Assembly (NCBI RefSeq): GCF_006345805.1
Contig: NW_021826175.1
Location: 1-13,223 of the forward strand
Length of the DNA stretch: 13,223 nucleotides
Reading direction: 5' to 3'
Source: Octopus sinensis
Taxonomy: Eukaryota
Positions 1-9,151 of the stretch are shown here, piece after piece; the first letter of the stretch is position 1, and each line of letters opens with the position of its first letter. The notes under the pieces were generated by a model, which was given only the letters and a program-made list of their open reading frames with translations, made no database searches and was not told the origin of the DNA. The translations under genes were made by a program, and so were the position numbers.

Positions 1-58
1 ATGTGTATGTGTATGTGTGTGTGTGTGCGTGTGTGTGTGTATGTTTGTGTATGTGTGT
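1..58. repeat. (TG)n/(TATG)n microsatellite
   Basis: Direct reading of the sequence; truncated by the window start. Confidence 0.95.
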
Positions 59-371
59 GAGGGCGCGTGGTGTAGTGCTTAGGGGTATTCACTCACAATC
101 ATAAGGTCGCCACTTCGATTCCCGGCGGCGCGTTGTGTCCTTGAGCAAGACACTTTATTTCACGTTGCACCAGTCCATCGGCTGGCAAAGATAGGTGGTA
201 CTTATATTTCAAAGGGCCGGCCTTGTCATATTCTGTGTCACGCTGAATCGCCCTACGTTAAGGGTACACGTGTTTGTGGATTACTAGCCACTTGCATGTT
301 AATTTCATGAGCAGTCTGTTCCGTTGATCGGATTTACTGGAACCCTCGTCGTTGTAAGCGACGGAGTGCCA
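59..371 (+). mobile_element. tRNA-derived SINE (family 1)
   Basis: Pol III A-box-like TGGTGTAGTGC (68-78) and B-box-like CTTCGATTCC (113-122). These are followed by TGTGTCCTTGAGCAAGACACTTTA, which resembles the conserved CORE-type SINE central motif. The copy is bounded by microsatellites on both sides. Confidence 0.8.
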
Positions 372-570
372 TATGTGCGCGCGCGCCCGTGTGTGTAAGC
401 ATGTATGTATGTATGTATGTATGTATGTATGTATGTATGTATGTATGCATGTATGTATGTGCATATATATATATATAGAGCAGAGAGAGAGAGAGAGAGA
501 CAGAGAGAAAGAGAGAGTGAGTGAGTGAGAGGTGGAGGGAGAGAAAGACAGAGAGAAAGGGGAGAGAGAG

Positions 571-649
<79 letters not shown>

Positions 650-659
650 AAGAGAGAGA
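372..659. repeat. Compound microsatellite: (GC)n/(TG)n, (TATG)n, (TA)n, (GA)n, (GAAA)n
   Basis: Direct reading. It accounts for the low-complexity ORFs 258..464, 334..858 and 532..726. Confidence 0.95.
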
Positions 660-669
660 TTATGATGTA

Positions 670-1265
670 ATGTATATTGAGTGCCACTTTCATTTGTTTA
701 TCTGTTCGGAGCAGCAGCACCAGTAAAGGCCTCAGCTTTGGGTTAATTGGCACATACAGTGACACTCCATGTAAAAGTAGAGACGAGGAAATGCTCTTGG
801 TTGATGTCAGGACGTACAATAAAACCAGTGAGAGTAAAAGAACCTTAGCTGTTGTCACAGCATCCTTCTGGGAATGGGCACGGTTTCACGTGCTTACTGG
901 TCACCTCGCTTCGGTCTGTCAGTAGTTACTAATCGCAGAGATTCGGAGAGTAGTACTCTCACGTTGTACAAACACTTATCACTAGAACCCAATGACAAAC
1001 AGATGTTTCTTGATGGTGACCTGATTTGTCATGCCATGCACTGAAAGTCCTAAGGCGATAGAAGAGTGGCGATGTGTGCAGGCTAAACCAGCTGGAAGTG
1101 CACAGTAAGTTAGAACTTTCGTCTGTTACCAATGCTTCAGACCATGCAGATTTGTAGCAGGAGTGAATAGTCATTGGAGAGGTCATGGACAGAAAGTCCG
1201 AAATGTTGTTGACAACGTGGGGGCACAAGGAGACCACAATCATCTGCGAAGATGGGGGCAGTCTG
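670..1265 (-). pseudogene. Heavily decayed non-LTR retrotransposon (RTE-like) reverse transcriptase fragment
   Basis: The minus strand encodes IFADDCGLL (FADDC at 1236-1250), the RT YADD-type motif. Downstream, across several frameshifts and in the expected order, are remnants resembling GL.I..KTKVL (HGLK..TKVL), R.DI...TK (RPDIN), S.LLYG (SLLLHG) and LR....I.W (KWHS). Stops and indels are frequent. Confidence 0.5.
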
Positions 1266-1271
1266 CATGTA

Positions 1272-1308
1272 CGTATATACATACATACATACATACATAC
1301 ATGCATAT
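1272..1308. repeat. (TACA)n microsatellite
   Basis: Direct reading; abuts the SINE head at 1310. Confidence 0.9.
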
Positions 1309-1309
1309 A

Positions 1310-1725
1310 GGCGTATGAGTGACTGTGTCGTAAGTAGCTTGCTTACCAACCACATAGTTCCGGGTTCAGTCCCACTGCGTGGCACCTTGGGCAAATATCT
1401 TCTACTATAGCCTCGGGCCGACCAAAACCTTGTGAGTGGATTTGGTAGAGGGAAACTGAAAGAATCCCGTCGTATATATGTACATATATGTGTGTGTGTG
1501 TGTGTGTGTGTGTATGTTTGTGTGCCTGTGTTTGTCCCCCCAACATCGCTTGACAACCGATGGTGGTGTGTTTACGTCCCCGTAACTTAGCGGTTCGGCA
1601 AAAGAACCGATAGACTAAGTACTAGGCTTACAAAGAATAAATCCTGGGGTCGATTTGCTCGACTAAAGGTGGTGATTCAGCATGGCCACAGTCAAATGAC
1701 TGAAACAAGTAAATGAGTAAAAGAG
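1310..1725 (+). mobile_element. Full-length composite tRNA-derived SINE (family 2) with internal (TA)n(TG)n microsatellite
   Basis: A-box-like TGACTGTGTCG (1320-1330), B-box-like GTTCAGTCC (1364-1372) and CORE-like GGCACCTTGGGCAA. Internal microsatellite ~1472-1525, a 3' module, and a tail GAAACAAGTAAATGAGTAAAAGAG. It aligns end to end with the reverse complement of 11641-12109. Confidence 0.9.
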
Positions 1726-1771
1726 TATACATACAAACATACATACATACATACATACATACATACATACA

Positions 1772-1807
<36 letters not shown>

Positions 1808-1810
1808 CAT
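1726..1810. repeat. (TACA)n microsatellite
   Basis: Direct reading. Confidence 0.95.
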
Positions 1811-2302
1811 TATTTCTACGTCTCTCTAAAGGGGACTACGTCAGCGGTACTGGATATTAATAATTATTGCCAAGCTAACATGACGATAACCGGATGGGAA
1901 AGCCTACATTTTTTCTGTCGAGGGCTTAATATACCTCATTATTAGACTATTTTCCTTTGTCATTACATGGTGATAGATATAAGCTTTAAGCTTATATAAA
2001 TACCATTATTATCATTTACAGGATTGTAAAACCCGGTGCCGTATAACAAAACCATTCGCACCGAAAGCATATGTATATATATATAATTGCTAGCCAAGTG
2101 TGGCGTTCTATACAGGACAGTGCTACTGAAGTGGCAACTATATGTTACGATTCCGTATTGCTACTGTTTATATCTCGCTCAGAGATTTACTTTGGCTTCT
2201 CGCAGTGCTATTTTCTGGAATCTACTGTGGAGACAGAAAGAGCGGCAGAAGTGTTATGCAAACTTTTTGTCCTTTAAATTCAATGACGTTCAGTCATCTC
2301 AC

Positions 2303-2438
2303 ATGTATGTATGTATGTTATGTATGTATGTATGTATGTATGTATGTATGTATGTATGTATGTTATGTATGCATGCCTGTATATATGTATGTATGTATGT
2401 ATTATGTATGTATGTATGTATGTATGCATGCATGCATG

Positions 2439-2472
<34 letters not shown>

Positions 2473-2519
2473 TGTATGTATGTATGTATGTGTATGTATG
2501 GATGTGTGTGTATGTATGT
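2303..2519. repeat. Long interrupted (TATG)n microsatellite
   Basis: Direct reading; source of the MYVC/HTYI ORFs at 2087-2787. Confidence 0.95.
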
Positions 2520-2627
2520 CATTATTCTGTTTATTTCAAGACCTCCTGCATTGGTAGGAGAAAGAACCGGTCTCCAACCTAGATCCAAGGCTCCTTCATT
2601 AGAATTTCAGCATCAACAGGATATTTT

Positions 2628-2718
2628 TGTATATATGTATGCATGCATGCATGCATGTATGCATACATGTATGTATGTTTGTATGTATGAATGTATGTAT
2701 GTATGTATGTATGTTTTA
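2628..2718. repeat. (TATG)n/(TGCA)n microsatellite
   Basis: Direct reading. Confidence 0.9.
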
Positions 2719-2766
2719 TATATTTATCCTTATGCATATAGTTGCATATCTAGACATGCTCATACG

Positions 2767-2873
2767 AAATCAACTCACAAGCCATAGTAGAAAACACTTG
2801 CCCAAAGTTCCTGAGTGACTGAAACCGAAACCATGTGGTTGGGAAGCAAGTTTCTTAACACACAGCCACACCT
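2767..2873 (-). mobile_element. Truncated, diverged family-2 SINE head
   Basis: The reverse complement AGGTGTGGCTGTGTGTTAAGAAACTTGCTTCCCAACCACATGGTTTCGG...TTGGGCAAGTGTTTTCTACTATGG matches the head at ~1316-1440, with a ~20-bp internal deletion. Confidence 0.85.
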
Positions 2874-2905
2874 ACACTTATATATAAATGAAACACGATA
2901 AGTAG

Positions 2906-2906
<1 letters not shown>

Positions 2907-2952
<46 letters not shown>

Positions 2953-2964
2953 CATATATATATA
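2907..2964. repeat. (TA)n microsatellite
   Basis: Direct reading; left boundary of the palindromic insert. Confidence 0.95.
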
Positions 2965-3290
2965 ACAAAATTAGAAAATGGAGAAACATACTTAAATCAA
3001 TAAAGCATCAACTATCAGATGATACCCAATCAATACTTTATTACACCATTACATATCAGTAAAGGCATTATACAAAATATACAGTAAATGTAAATAGACA
3101 AAGAGATATAAGTATAAAATTTCAAATATTTGAAATTTTATACTTATATCTCTTTGTCTATTTACATTTACTGTATATTTTGTATAATGCCTTTACTGAT
3201 ATGTAATGGTGTAATAAAGTATTGATTGGGTATCATCTGATAGTTGATGCTTTATTGATTTAAGTATGTTTCTCCACTTTCTAATTTTGT
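2965..3290. repeat. Long spacerless inverted repeat (palindrome) with 163-bp arms
   Basis: Checked base by base: 2965-3127 is the reverse complement of 3128-3290 at 162/163 positions. The only mismatch is A2978 versus C3277. The centre is TTCAAAT|ATTTGAA with no loop, and the arms are about 76% AT. Confidence 0.97.
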
Positions 3291-3467
3291 AGTATTAATT
3301 TACGGTAATATTATTACCTTTACCCATATAATACAATAGATGAACTGATTGTTTGGCAATTCTTAACATCTATGTATTAGTCTTGTTGGGTACCTATCTA
3401 GCAGTATATTGGATATATGTTATCCCATGGTGCGTTGAATTTTCAACCCATATCTCATTTTATAACC

Positions 3468-3481
3468 TATATATATATATC

Positions 3482-3512
<31 letters not shown>

Positions 3513-3562
3513 TATATATAATATATATATATATACATATACATATATACATATAGATATAT
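3468..3562. repeat. (TA)n-type microsatellite
   Basis: Direct reading. Confidence 0.95.
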
Positions 3563-3566
3563 GATA

Positions 3567-3852
3567 ACGTGACCGACCAGACCATCAGATGTTGCTACAC
3601 ATCGCTGGTCACAATGCATTGTTTTAGCCTTCGAATGACGCCACCCTGCTGGCTAAGCGAGCAGGCCAACAGAAGAAAGAGTGAGAGAAAGAGTGGTGAA
3701 AGAGTTCAGCAGGGATCGCCACCCCCTGCCGGAGCCTCGTGGAGCTTTTAGGTGCTTTTGTCCAATAAACACTCACAACGCCCTGTCTGGGAATTGAAAC
3801 CGCGATCCTACGACCGCGAGTCCGCTGCTCTAACCACTGGGCCATTGCGCCT

Positions 3853-3856
<4 letters not shown>
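3567..3856 (-). mobile_element. tRNA-derived SINE (family 3, 3' module type a)
   Basis: The reverse complement starts GGAGGCGCAATGGCCCAGTGGTTAGAGCAGCGGACTCGCGGTCGTAGGATCGCGGTTTCAATTCCC, with A and B boxes and a tRNA-like head. Its first ~190 nt align with 10995-11187. Confidence 0.9.
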
Positions 3857-3901
<45 letters not shown>

Positions 3902-3907
3902 CACACA
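3857..3907. repeat. (CA)n/(TA)n microsatellite
   Basis: Direct reading. Confidence 0.95.
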
Positions 3908-3911
3908 TTTA

Positions 3912-4040
3912 TATGTGTGTGTGTCTGTCCCCCACCATCACTTGACAACCAATATTAGTGTGTTTACGTCCTCGTAAAATTAGCGGTTCGACAAAAGAGA
4001 ACGATAGAATAAGTATTAGGCTTACAAAGAATAAGCCTGG
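3912..4040 (+). mobile_element. 3'-module fragment of the family-2 SINE
   Basis: TGTCCCCCACCATCACTTGACAACC...TTAGCGGTTCGACAAAAGAG...GGCTTACAAAGAATAAG matches ~1533-1640. Confidence 0.85.
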
Positions 4041-4528
4041 CGGCCATAGCGACAGACCTTGTATGGTGGACGAGACTAAAAGGGCTGAGGACAAACACTT
4101 TTCTCTTAGGCCAGTCCCTGATCAACTTCAAGTTTTACTTGAAGAGGAAAGTAAGGGCAAATAGGGAAGTGCTGCCCTCTAGCCAGTTTACTGAAAGATG
4201 AATGAAAGTGGCGAGAATGATGCGAGTGAACGGCCTGCCCTGAGCATGCGTCAGTAATCGGAGAAATGGAAATGAGAAAAGGCGCGTGCTTCAGAGGTCA
4301 AAGTACCCATGGTTTATGGGGGTTTTCTATGATCAGCTCTCGAACGTCTCCTCCCCATGGAGGATTATAGATTGTTAAAATTGTTTTCTTCTTCCCCCTT
4401 GTTAAACTTGTTCACACGCAAAACCTCACAACAACTCACACTCAAGCACACACACACACATTCTTTGTTTTGTCCTGTACTCTCCATAATATATTTCCTA
4501 ATGTTAACCCTTTGCTGTCAATAAAGAA

Positions 4529-4562
4529 ATCATCATCATTATTATTATTATTATTATTATTA

Positions 4563-4595
<33 letters not shown>

Positions 4596-4611
4596 CATTA
4601 TTATTATTATT
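4529..4611. repeat. (ATC)n(ATT)n microsatellite
   Basis: Direct reading. Confidence 0.95.
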
Positions 4612-5144
4612 AAGTGAGAGACCAGTGCATGCCAAAATATACGAAGCCCAATATACCCATCATGACAACCTGTCTGATAAGAGTACACCAGGCACATGCA
4701 TCACAACCATATGTGCGCGACATGGTGATCTCATATCAAGATAAACAGCGCATGACCTTGCAGGTGGGGCCCAGTTAGAATTTTCTTCTTGTTGAGTAGC
4801 CCATCCCGCTCAAAAGGTCCCTGAATAAGGATTGCTTAAGGATGTTGAACAAACCATTCATGTTTCCAAAGGTGAATTATCCAAACCTCTAAGAATTCCT
4901 TTCAACACACGGCTATGATGCCCCACCACTACTTCTGCTCCTGGTCAGAGATGCACATATCGTCAGTCACTAAGGGACATGCTCAACTGGTTAAGGTCAA
5001 ACAACTGACAAGCAAATCTGTGGTATTGAGCAGAATATTTGCTGTAGCCTATCTTTTATACCAAGACAAAACAATGTACATGATAACACTTCCAATCAGT
5101 TAAGATCAGAAGCCATGAGAGCCACTGTCAGGTACTGCATCAGG

Positions 5145-5145
<1 letters not shown>
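4612..5145. mobile_element. ~535-bp unclassified interspersed element embedded in a (TAA)n/(ATT)n tract
   Basis: Complex sequence with sharp boundaries and (ATT)n directly on both sides (4529-4611 and 5146-5193). I see no tRNA A/B boxes, TIRs or meaningful ORF. From memory it resembles an abundant octopus repeat, which is unverified. Confidence 0.6.

Positions 5146-5193
<48 letters not shown>
5146..5193. repeat. (ATT)n microsatellite
   Basis: Direct reading. Confidence 0.95.
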
Positions 5194-5194
<1 letters not shown>

Positions 5195-5554
5195 ACCTCG
5201 ACACTATGGGAAAGGAGTAGTATTAGTAGAACCAGAAGGTGACAGCGTGATACAGTCTCACCATTCATTAATGCATCAACGGATACAACTTACATGATAC
5301 TGGAATGTTATACAATCTGGGACATATTAGATGAATACACCGGTTTTGAGCACGTCACCAGAGTATTATTATATCAATAATTGAGTGATTTATCTCTTTC
5401 TTAATTAGCTTGTTAAACCTAGATCACAACGATTATAACTGGCGGGTGTTGTAATGGGAATTAATAAAAGTATCTTAATTAACTAAGACACCGTCACAGT
5501 GTGTTAATGGGTAAGTTTTGTCAATATATTTCCATATTATGCATTAAATAAGCA

Positions 5555-5622
5555 TATGTATATACATACATACATACATAGATACATAGATACATACATA
5601 CATACATACATACATACATACA

Positions 5623-5653
<31 letters not shown>

Positions 5654-5781
5654 CACATTTGCACATCAATTGCTAACTGCATGTTTATTCAAACTATTTG
5701 CATCATATCCGCAAGTGCATATGCACGCACACTCACACGCACACACACAAATACATACATACATATATAATAATATATATA

Positions 5782-5825
<44 letters not shown>
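5555..5825. repeat. (TACA)n (5555-5653) and (CA)n/(TA)n (~5730-5825) microsatellites
   Basis: Direct reading; source of ORF 5556..5834. Confidence 0.9.
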
Positions 5826-5828
<3 letters not shown>

Positions 5829-6211
5829 CATTAAGGTCACAATGCACGTATTAAATAAATAATATTTATCTCACCAGATGGAGTACTTCTTTTGTTGAAT
5901 TTTCTTCATAGATCATATATATATAATTTTATATTATATGTATAACATATTTATGGAATTGGCAAAGCCGTGATGGTATTCCAGTGAGTGTTTACTATTT
6001 GGTGCTCGAATACCAAAAGCTAACACACAGGGAACTGGCTTTTTAATATTGTAGTTCTACCAACAGTTCTCCATGAAAGTGGCCATGGAAATCACCGTGA
6101 AAATCAACGGAAGGCTTGATGTATTCTACGAAAGATGCTTGAAAAAAAATTCTGACAATGCACAGGCAAGACCATGTAACCCATGAAGACGTTCTAAAGA
6201 GTGTCATTTTA

Positions 6212-6319
6212 ATCATCATTTGGTCAGGCTTGCTCAGACATTTTAACCCGCCCACAACAGCCATCTCGGTCCTGCGAAGTCTTCGGCAATGCTTCCAGTT
6301 TCTCTGGTGAGTTGATCTA
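6212..6319 (-). mobile_element. 3' end of an RTE-type LINE (left piece, split by the mariner)
   Basis: The minus strand reads DQLTRETGSIAED, then after a frameshift DRDGCCGRVKM. This resembles the RTE ORF C-terminus YIDQL..DTG...DR..W..RV. It is followed by a short TGATGAT tail. Confidence 0.7.
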
Positions 6320-7206
6320 TGAGGGAGTATCCAAAAGTAACCGGAAACATTCTCTGTGGGACAAGCCTGTTGTAGTTCAGGCTTCCGCCGCTAGAATCCA
6401 CTTGATGCGGCCCTCAATCATCAGTCTGCCGACCGGCGTCTTTGGGTGGTGTCGTACTGCCACGTGGTGCGTCTTTGTTTTGCAGTGCTTTTTCCCTGTT
6501 CGCCGAAGTCTGAAGCAAAAGAATAGCGTGCTTCGGTGAAATTCTGTTTTCTGCTGGAGCAAACAGCGGCCGGAATAGCTGTCATGCTTCAGAAGCTGCT
6601 ACCATGAACAAAACACAAGCTTACGAGTGGTTTCCACGCTTTAGGGATGGTCACTTGTCGCTTAAAAACCGCCCTCGTCCAGGACGACCATTGACCTCCT
6701 GATCGAACGAAAACCTCATGAAAATTCATGAACTGATCCTGGAGGATCGTCACCGAACAATTGGCGAACTTGTTGATATTACTGGTATGTCCTGAAGCTG
6801 CTGCCAACGAATTTTCAGCGAGGAATTGCGAATGAAAAGAGTCGCAGCCAAATTTGTGTCTCGCTTGCTCACGGAAAATCCAAAGCGGTCACGATTGAAT
6901 GAGTGTCACGAACTGAAAAAACAGTTGGAAATTGATCCAGACTCTTTTCCGAAGGTCATCACTGGCGACAAAAGCAGGTGTTACGGAATTTGCAGATGTG
7001 GAAGAGGTGAAGAAAAAAAGAAAACAACGGAGGCATTAGAAGGAATCACTTCGCATGAGTTCCAACACTACTTCGAATAGAGGAAAACGCGTCTGAACCG
7101 ATGCATTGCTTCAAATGGAGATTACTTTGAAAGCGATAAAAGTGTAAACATATAAAAGTGAATAAATAATATTGCAAAATTCCGGTTTCTTTTGGGTACC
7201 CCTCCC
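6318..7206 (+). mobile_element. Internally deleted mariner DNA transposon A
   Basis: Left end TA-TGAGGGAGTATCCAAAAGTAACCGGAA (6318-6346). The right end 7180-7204 reverse-complements to GAGGGGTACCCAAAAGAAACCGGAA, giving a ~26-bp TIR pair. Transposase remnants lie between them. Confidence 0.92.
6510..7140 (+). pseudogene. Mariner transposase pseudogene A
   Basis: Translates as VKFCFLL...YEWFPRFRDG...RPRPGRP...ILEDRHRTIGEL...ELRMKRVAAKFVSRLL...VITGDKSRCYG. At ~6987 it jumps to FADVEEVK...RCIASNGDYFESD. It has in-frame stops, and the second and third catalytic-D regions (HDNA, YSPDLAP-D) are deleted. Includes track ORF 6826..7080. Confidence 0.9.
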
Positions 7207-7232
7207 CAATACATTGGTAGTGTTCAGACGAT

Positions 7233-7475
7233 ATGCTTGAGTGTCTCTGATGAGTTGATCTACATAAATTGTAATCAGACGACCTGCTCTAGTACAGTCA
7301 TGCTTTAGCATCCATGGCTGTAGCTCCTCTTGTTAGCTCTTGTTTAACTCTCCAGCAATGATCTGCAAAGGGTAAGTGCCATTCCCTTGTAATAGTAGAA
7401 ATGGGCAGGAGATCTCCACACAGCTGTTTCTTGGTAGAAAAAGAGGAGCGATCAAGCATTCAGCTCAAAGAACTT
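7233..7475 (-). mobile_element. RTE-type LINE RT C-terminal fragment (right piece, 5'-truncated)
   Basis: The minus strand reads KKQLCGDLLPISTITREWHLPFADHCWRVKQEL, then after a frameshift WMLKHDCTRAGRLITIYVDQL. This resembles the RTE consensus LYG.LP.IS..IR.RRL.FAGHC.R...LLW.P.HG.R..GRP..TY.DQL and continues into 6212-6319. Confidence 0.8.
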
Positions 7476-7848
7476 GCTCTCTTACAATATTTCGTTTTCT
7501 CTTTTGTATATATTATCAACAATCCTGATAAGGTATCGAAATAACGATATATATATATATATATATATCTCCCACCCTGTTGTCACCCTCTTTAGATAAA
7601 TATATCAAAACTGAAAACGTCCCTGAAGCTAGTGATGAATTTACTAGCCTACCGCTTCAGCTAAGTCTCCCACAAATACATCCAAATCTCTTAAAGGCGG
7701 CAATTGAATAATAGAGTTCCTGATACGTAATTAATTTGAATGAGATGAGTAAACTGTTTCATCAGGAAATTAAATTGAAATCTGAAAATCAGAACGCCTT
7801 TGGTGTTCTACATATGGCGCTGACAAATATATATGTGTGTGTGTGTGT

Positions 7849-7879
<31 letters not shown>

Positions 7880-8204
7880 AGTGTAAATTTAGTGAACACG
7901 GGAGTTATACTTGAGCCTGTGCATGAAACTTAAAGTAGCTCGTGTATTCATTAAATTACATCTGTTTCTCACTGGGAAAATATACTTTTCCTGATCCCAT
8001 CACTACTCGAACGGTTTTTGCAAAAGTTTTATAGTCACAATATTTAATGGCAGATTTATTTTTTAAATAAAAGTTATTAATTATATTCAAATCTTTAAAA
8101 TAATCTTAAAAATTAAAATGATACAAGGGAAGGAAATTTGCGTTTTGCGTATAATTGCTTTCGCTGTTGAGTTTTTCAAATACACATGTTATAGAGTAAT
8201 TCGT

Positions 8205-8320
8205 AAACACACACACACACACACACGTATTACATGCATATGTATGTGTGTATACACACACAAACAAAGGAAGAAAGAAAGAAAAAAGAAAGAAAGAAGA
8301 AAGAAAGCAGGAAAGAGAGA
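8205..8320. repeat. (CA)n, (TG)n and (GAAA)n microsatellites
   Basis: Direct reading. Confidence 0.85.
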
Positions 8321-8742
8321 GGGCTCGCATTTATTAATATGTTGTACAAATAACAACGACCAGCAACAACGAGAACAGCTACATAAACAAGAATGCAACA
8401 AATGATTTAAGCGGATAATCATTTCTTCATTACAGTCATAAGGAGGACTGAAGCCAATAACAACAGCAGAATAAGAGAATAAAGAGAATAAATGTGGGTG
8501 GTGAAGCAATAATAGAATGAAAGAATTGAAGAATGAAAACAAAATGCAAGCAGGTGATTGAGGTTTAATAAGAGTCTGTCAAATTTCTTCCTTATCGCAT
8601 TTCGTCCTCCCTTCCGCCTTTCTTCCTTTCCACCTTCCTCCTCTTCTCTATATCATCTTAGCATTTTCTTTCTTTTTTTTCTTTTTCCCTCTTTCTTCTT
8701 GCTATTAATATAGTGTTGTTAATATTGTTGTTGATGTCCTTG

Positions 8743-8745
<3 letters not shown>

Positions 8746-8807
<62 letters not shown>

Positions 8808-8957
8808 ATCATCATTATCATCATCATCATTATTGTTGTTGTTGCTGTTGCTGCTGTTATCATTAATTATAAAGTTATTACCTTTCATTCCTGTTAATAA
8901 CGCCATCATCATCGTCATCGCAATCATCACTGTCTTCGCCGTATATTATTATTATTA

Positions 8958-9004
<47 letters not shown>
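8746..9004. repeat. Compound trinucleotide tracts (ATT)n(ATC)n(GTT)n(GCT)n and a second (ATT)n at 8943-9004
   Basis: Direct reading; source of the poly-N, poly-L and poly-I ORFs 8658..8930 and 8713..9042. Confidence 0.95.
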
Positions 9005-9006
<2 letters not shown>

Positions 9007-9151
9007 ATCGTTTGGAGACATCTGCCTGAAAAGATGTGCTGATGTGTATAAAAGAGACGAAAACCTCTTCTATAACAAAAGAACAGTTTATTCAATACCT
9101 GTCATGTCCATGTTGATTAGGTTTGCAAATTTATTTCACACTGCTCTTGGC

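Noticed and set aside
959-1306. WSEALVTDESS in this minus-strand ORF resembling the Tc1 W..V.FSDES motif
   Set aside because: No other Tc1 motifs or TIRs are present. The same bases fit the RT GL.I..KTKVL region in another frame.
1977-1997. Small inverted repeat ATATAAGCTT-T-AAGCTTATAT
   Set aside because: Ten-bp AT-rich arms are plausible by chance, and there is no associated feature.
2965-3290. Interpretation of the palindrome as a viral or plasmid hairpin-telomere resolution site
   Set aside because: No resolvase, protelomerase or viral genes are nearby, and the context is host microsatellite and TE DNA.
5409-5510. Possible exon: pyrimidine tract plus AG at 5407-5408 and a strong GG|GTAAGT donor at 5510/5511
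   Set aside because: All three frames contain stop codons, also from the alternative AG at 5421-5422. A non-coding exon cannot be supported without RNA data.
6071-6106. Three imperfect 12-bp repeats (FHGDFHGHFHG in ORF 6043..6264)
   Set aside because: Too short and degenerate, and the surrounding ORF has no credible protein features.
7525-7541. Hammerhead-like CTGATAAG...CGAAA next to (TA)n
   Set aside because: The catalytic core deviates from CUGANGA, and stems I-III cannot be formed convincingly.
7623-7723. C/D snoRNA candidate (GTGATGA at 7632-7638, CTGA at 7720-7723) with a local CTGAAG/CTTCAG stem
   Set aside because: There is no good terminal stem and no recognisable rRNA-complementary guide. 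Such short motifs are expected by chance.
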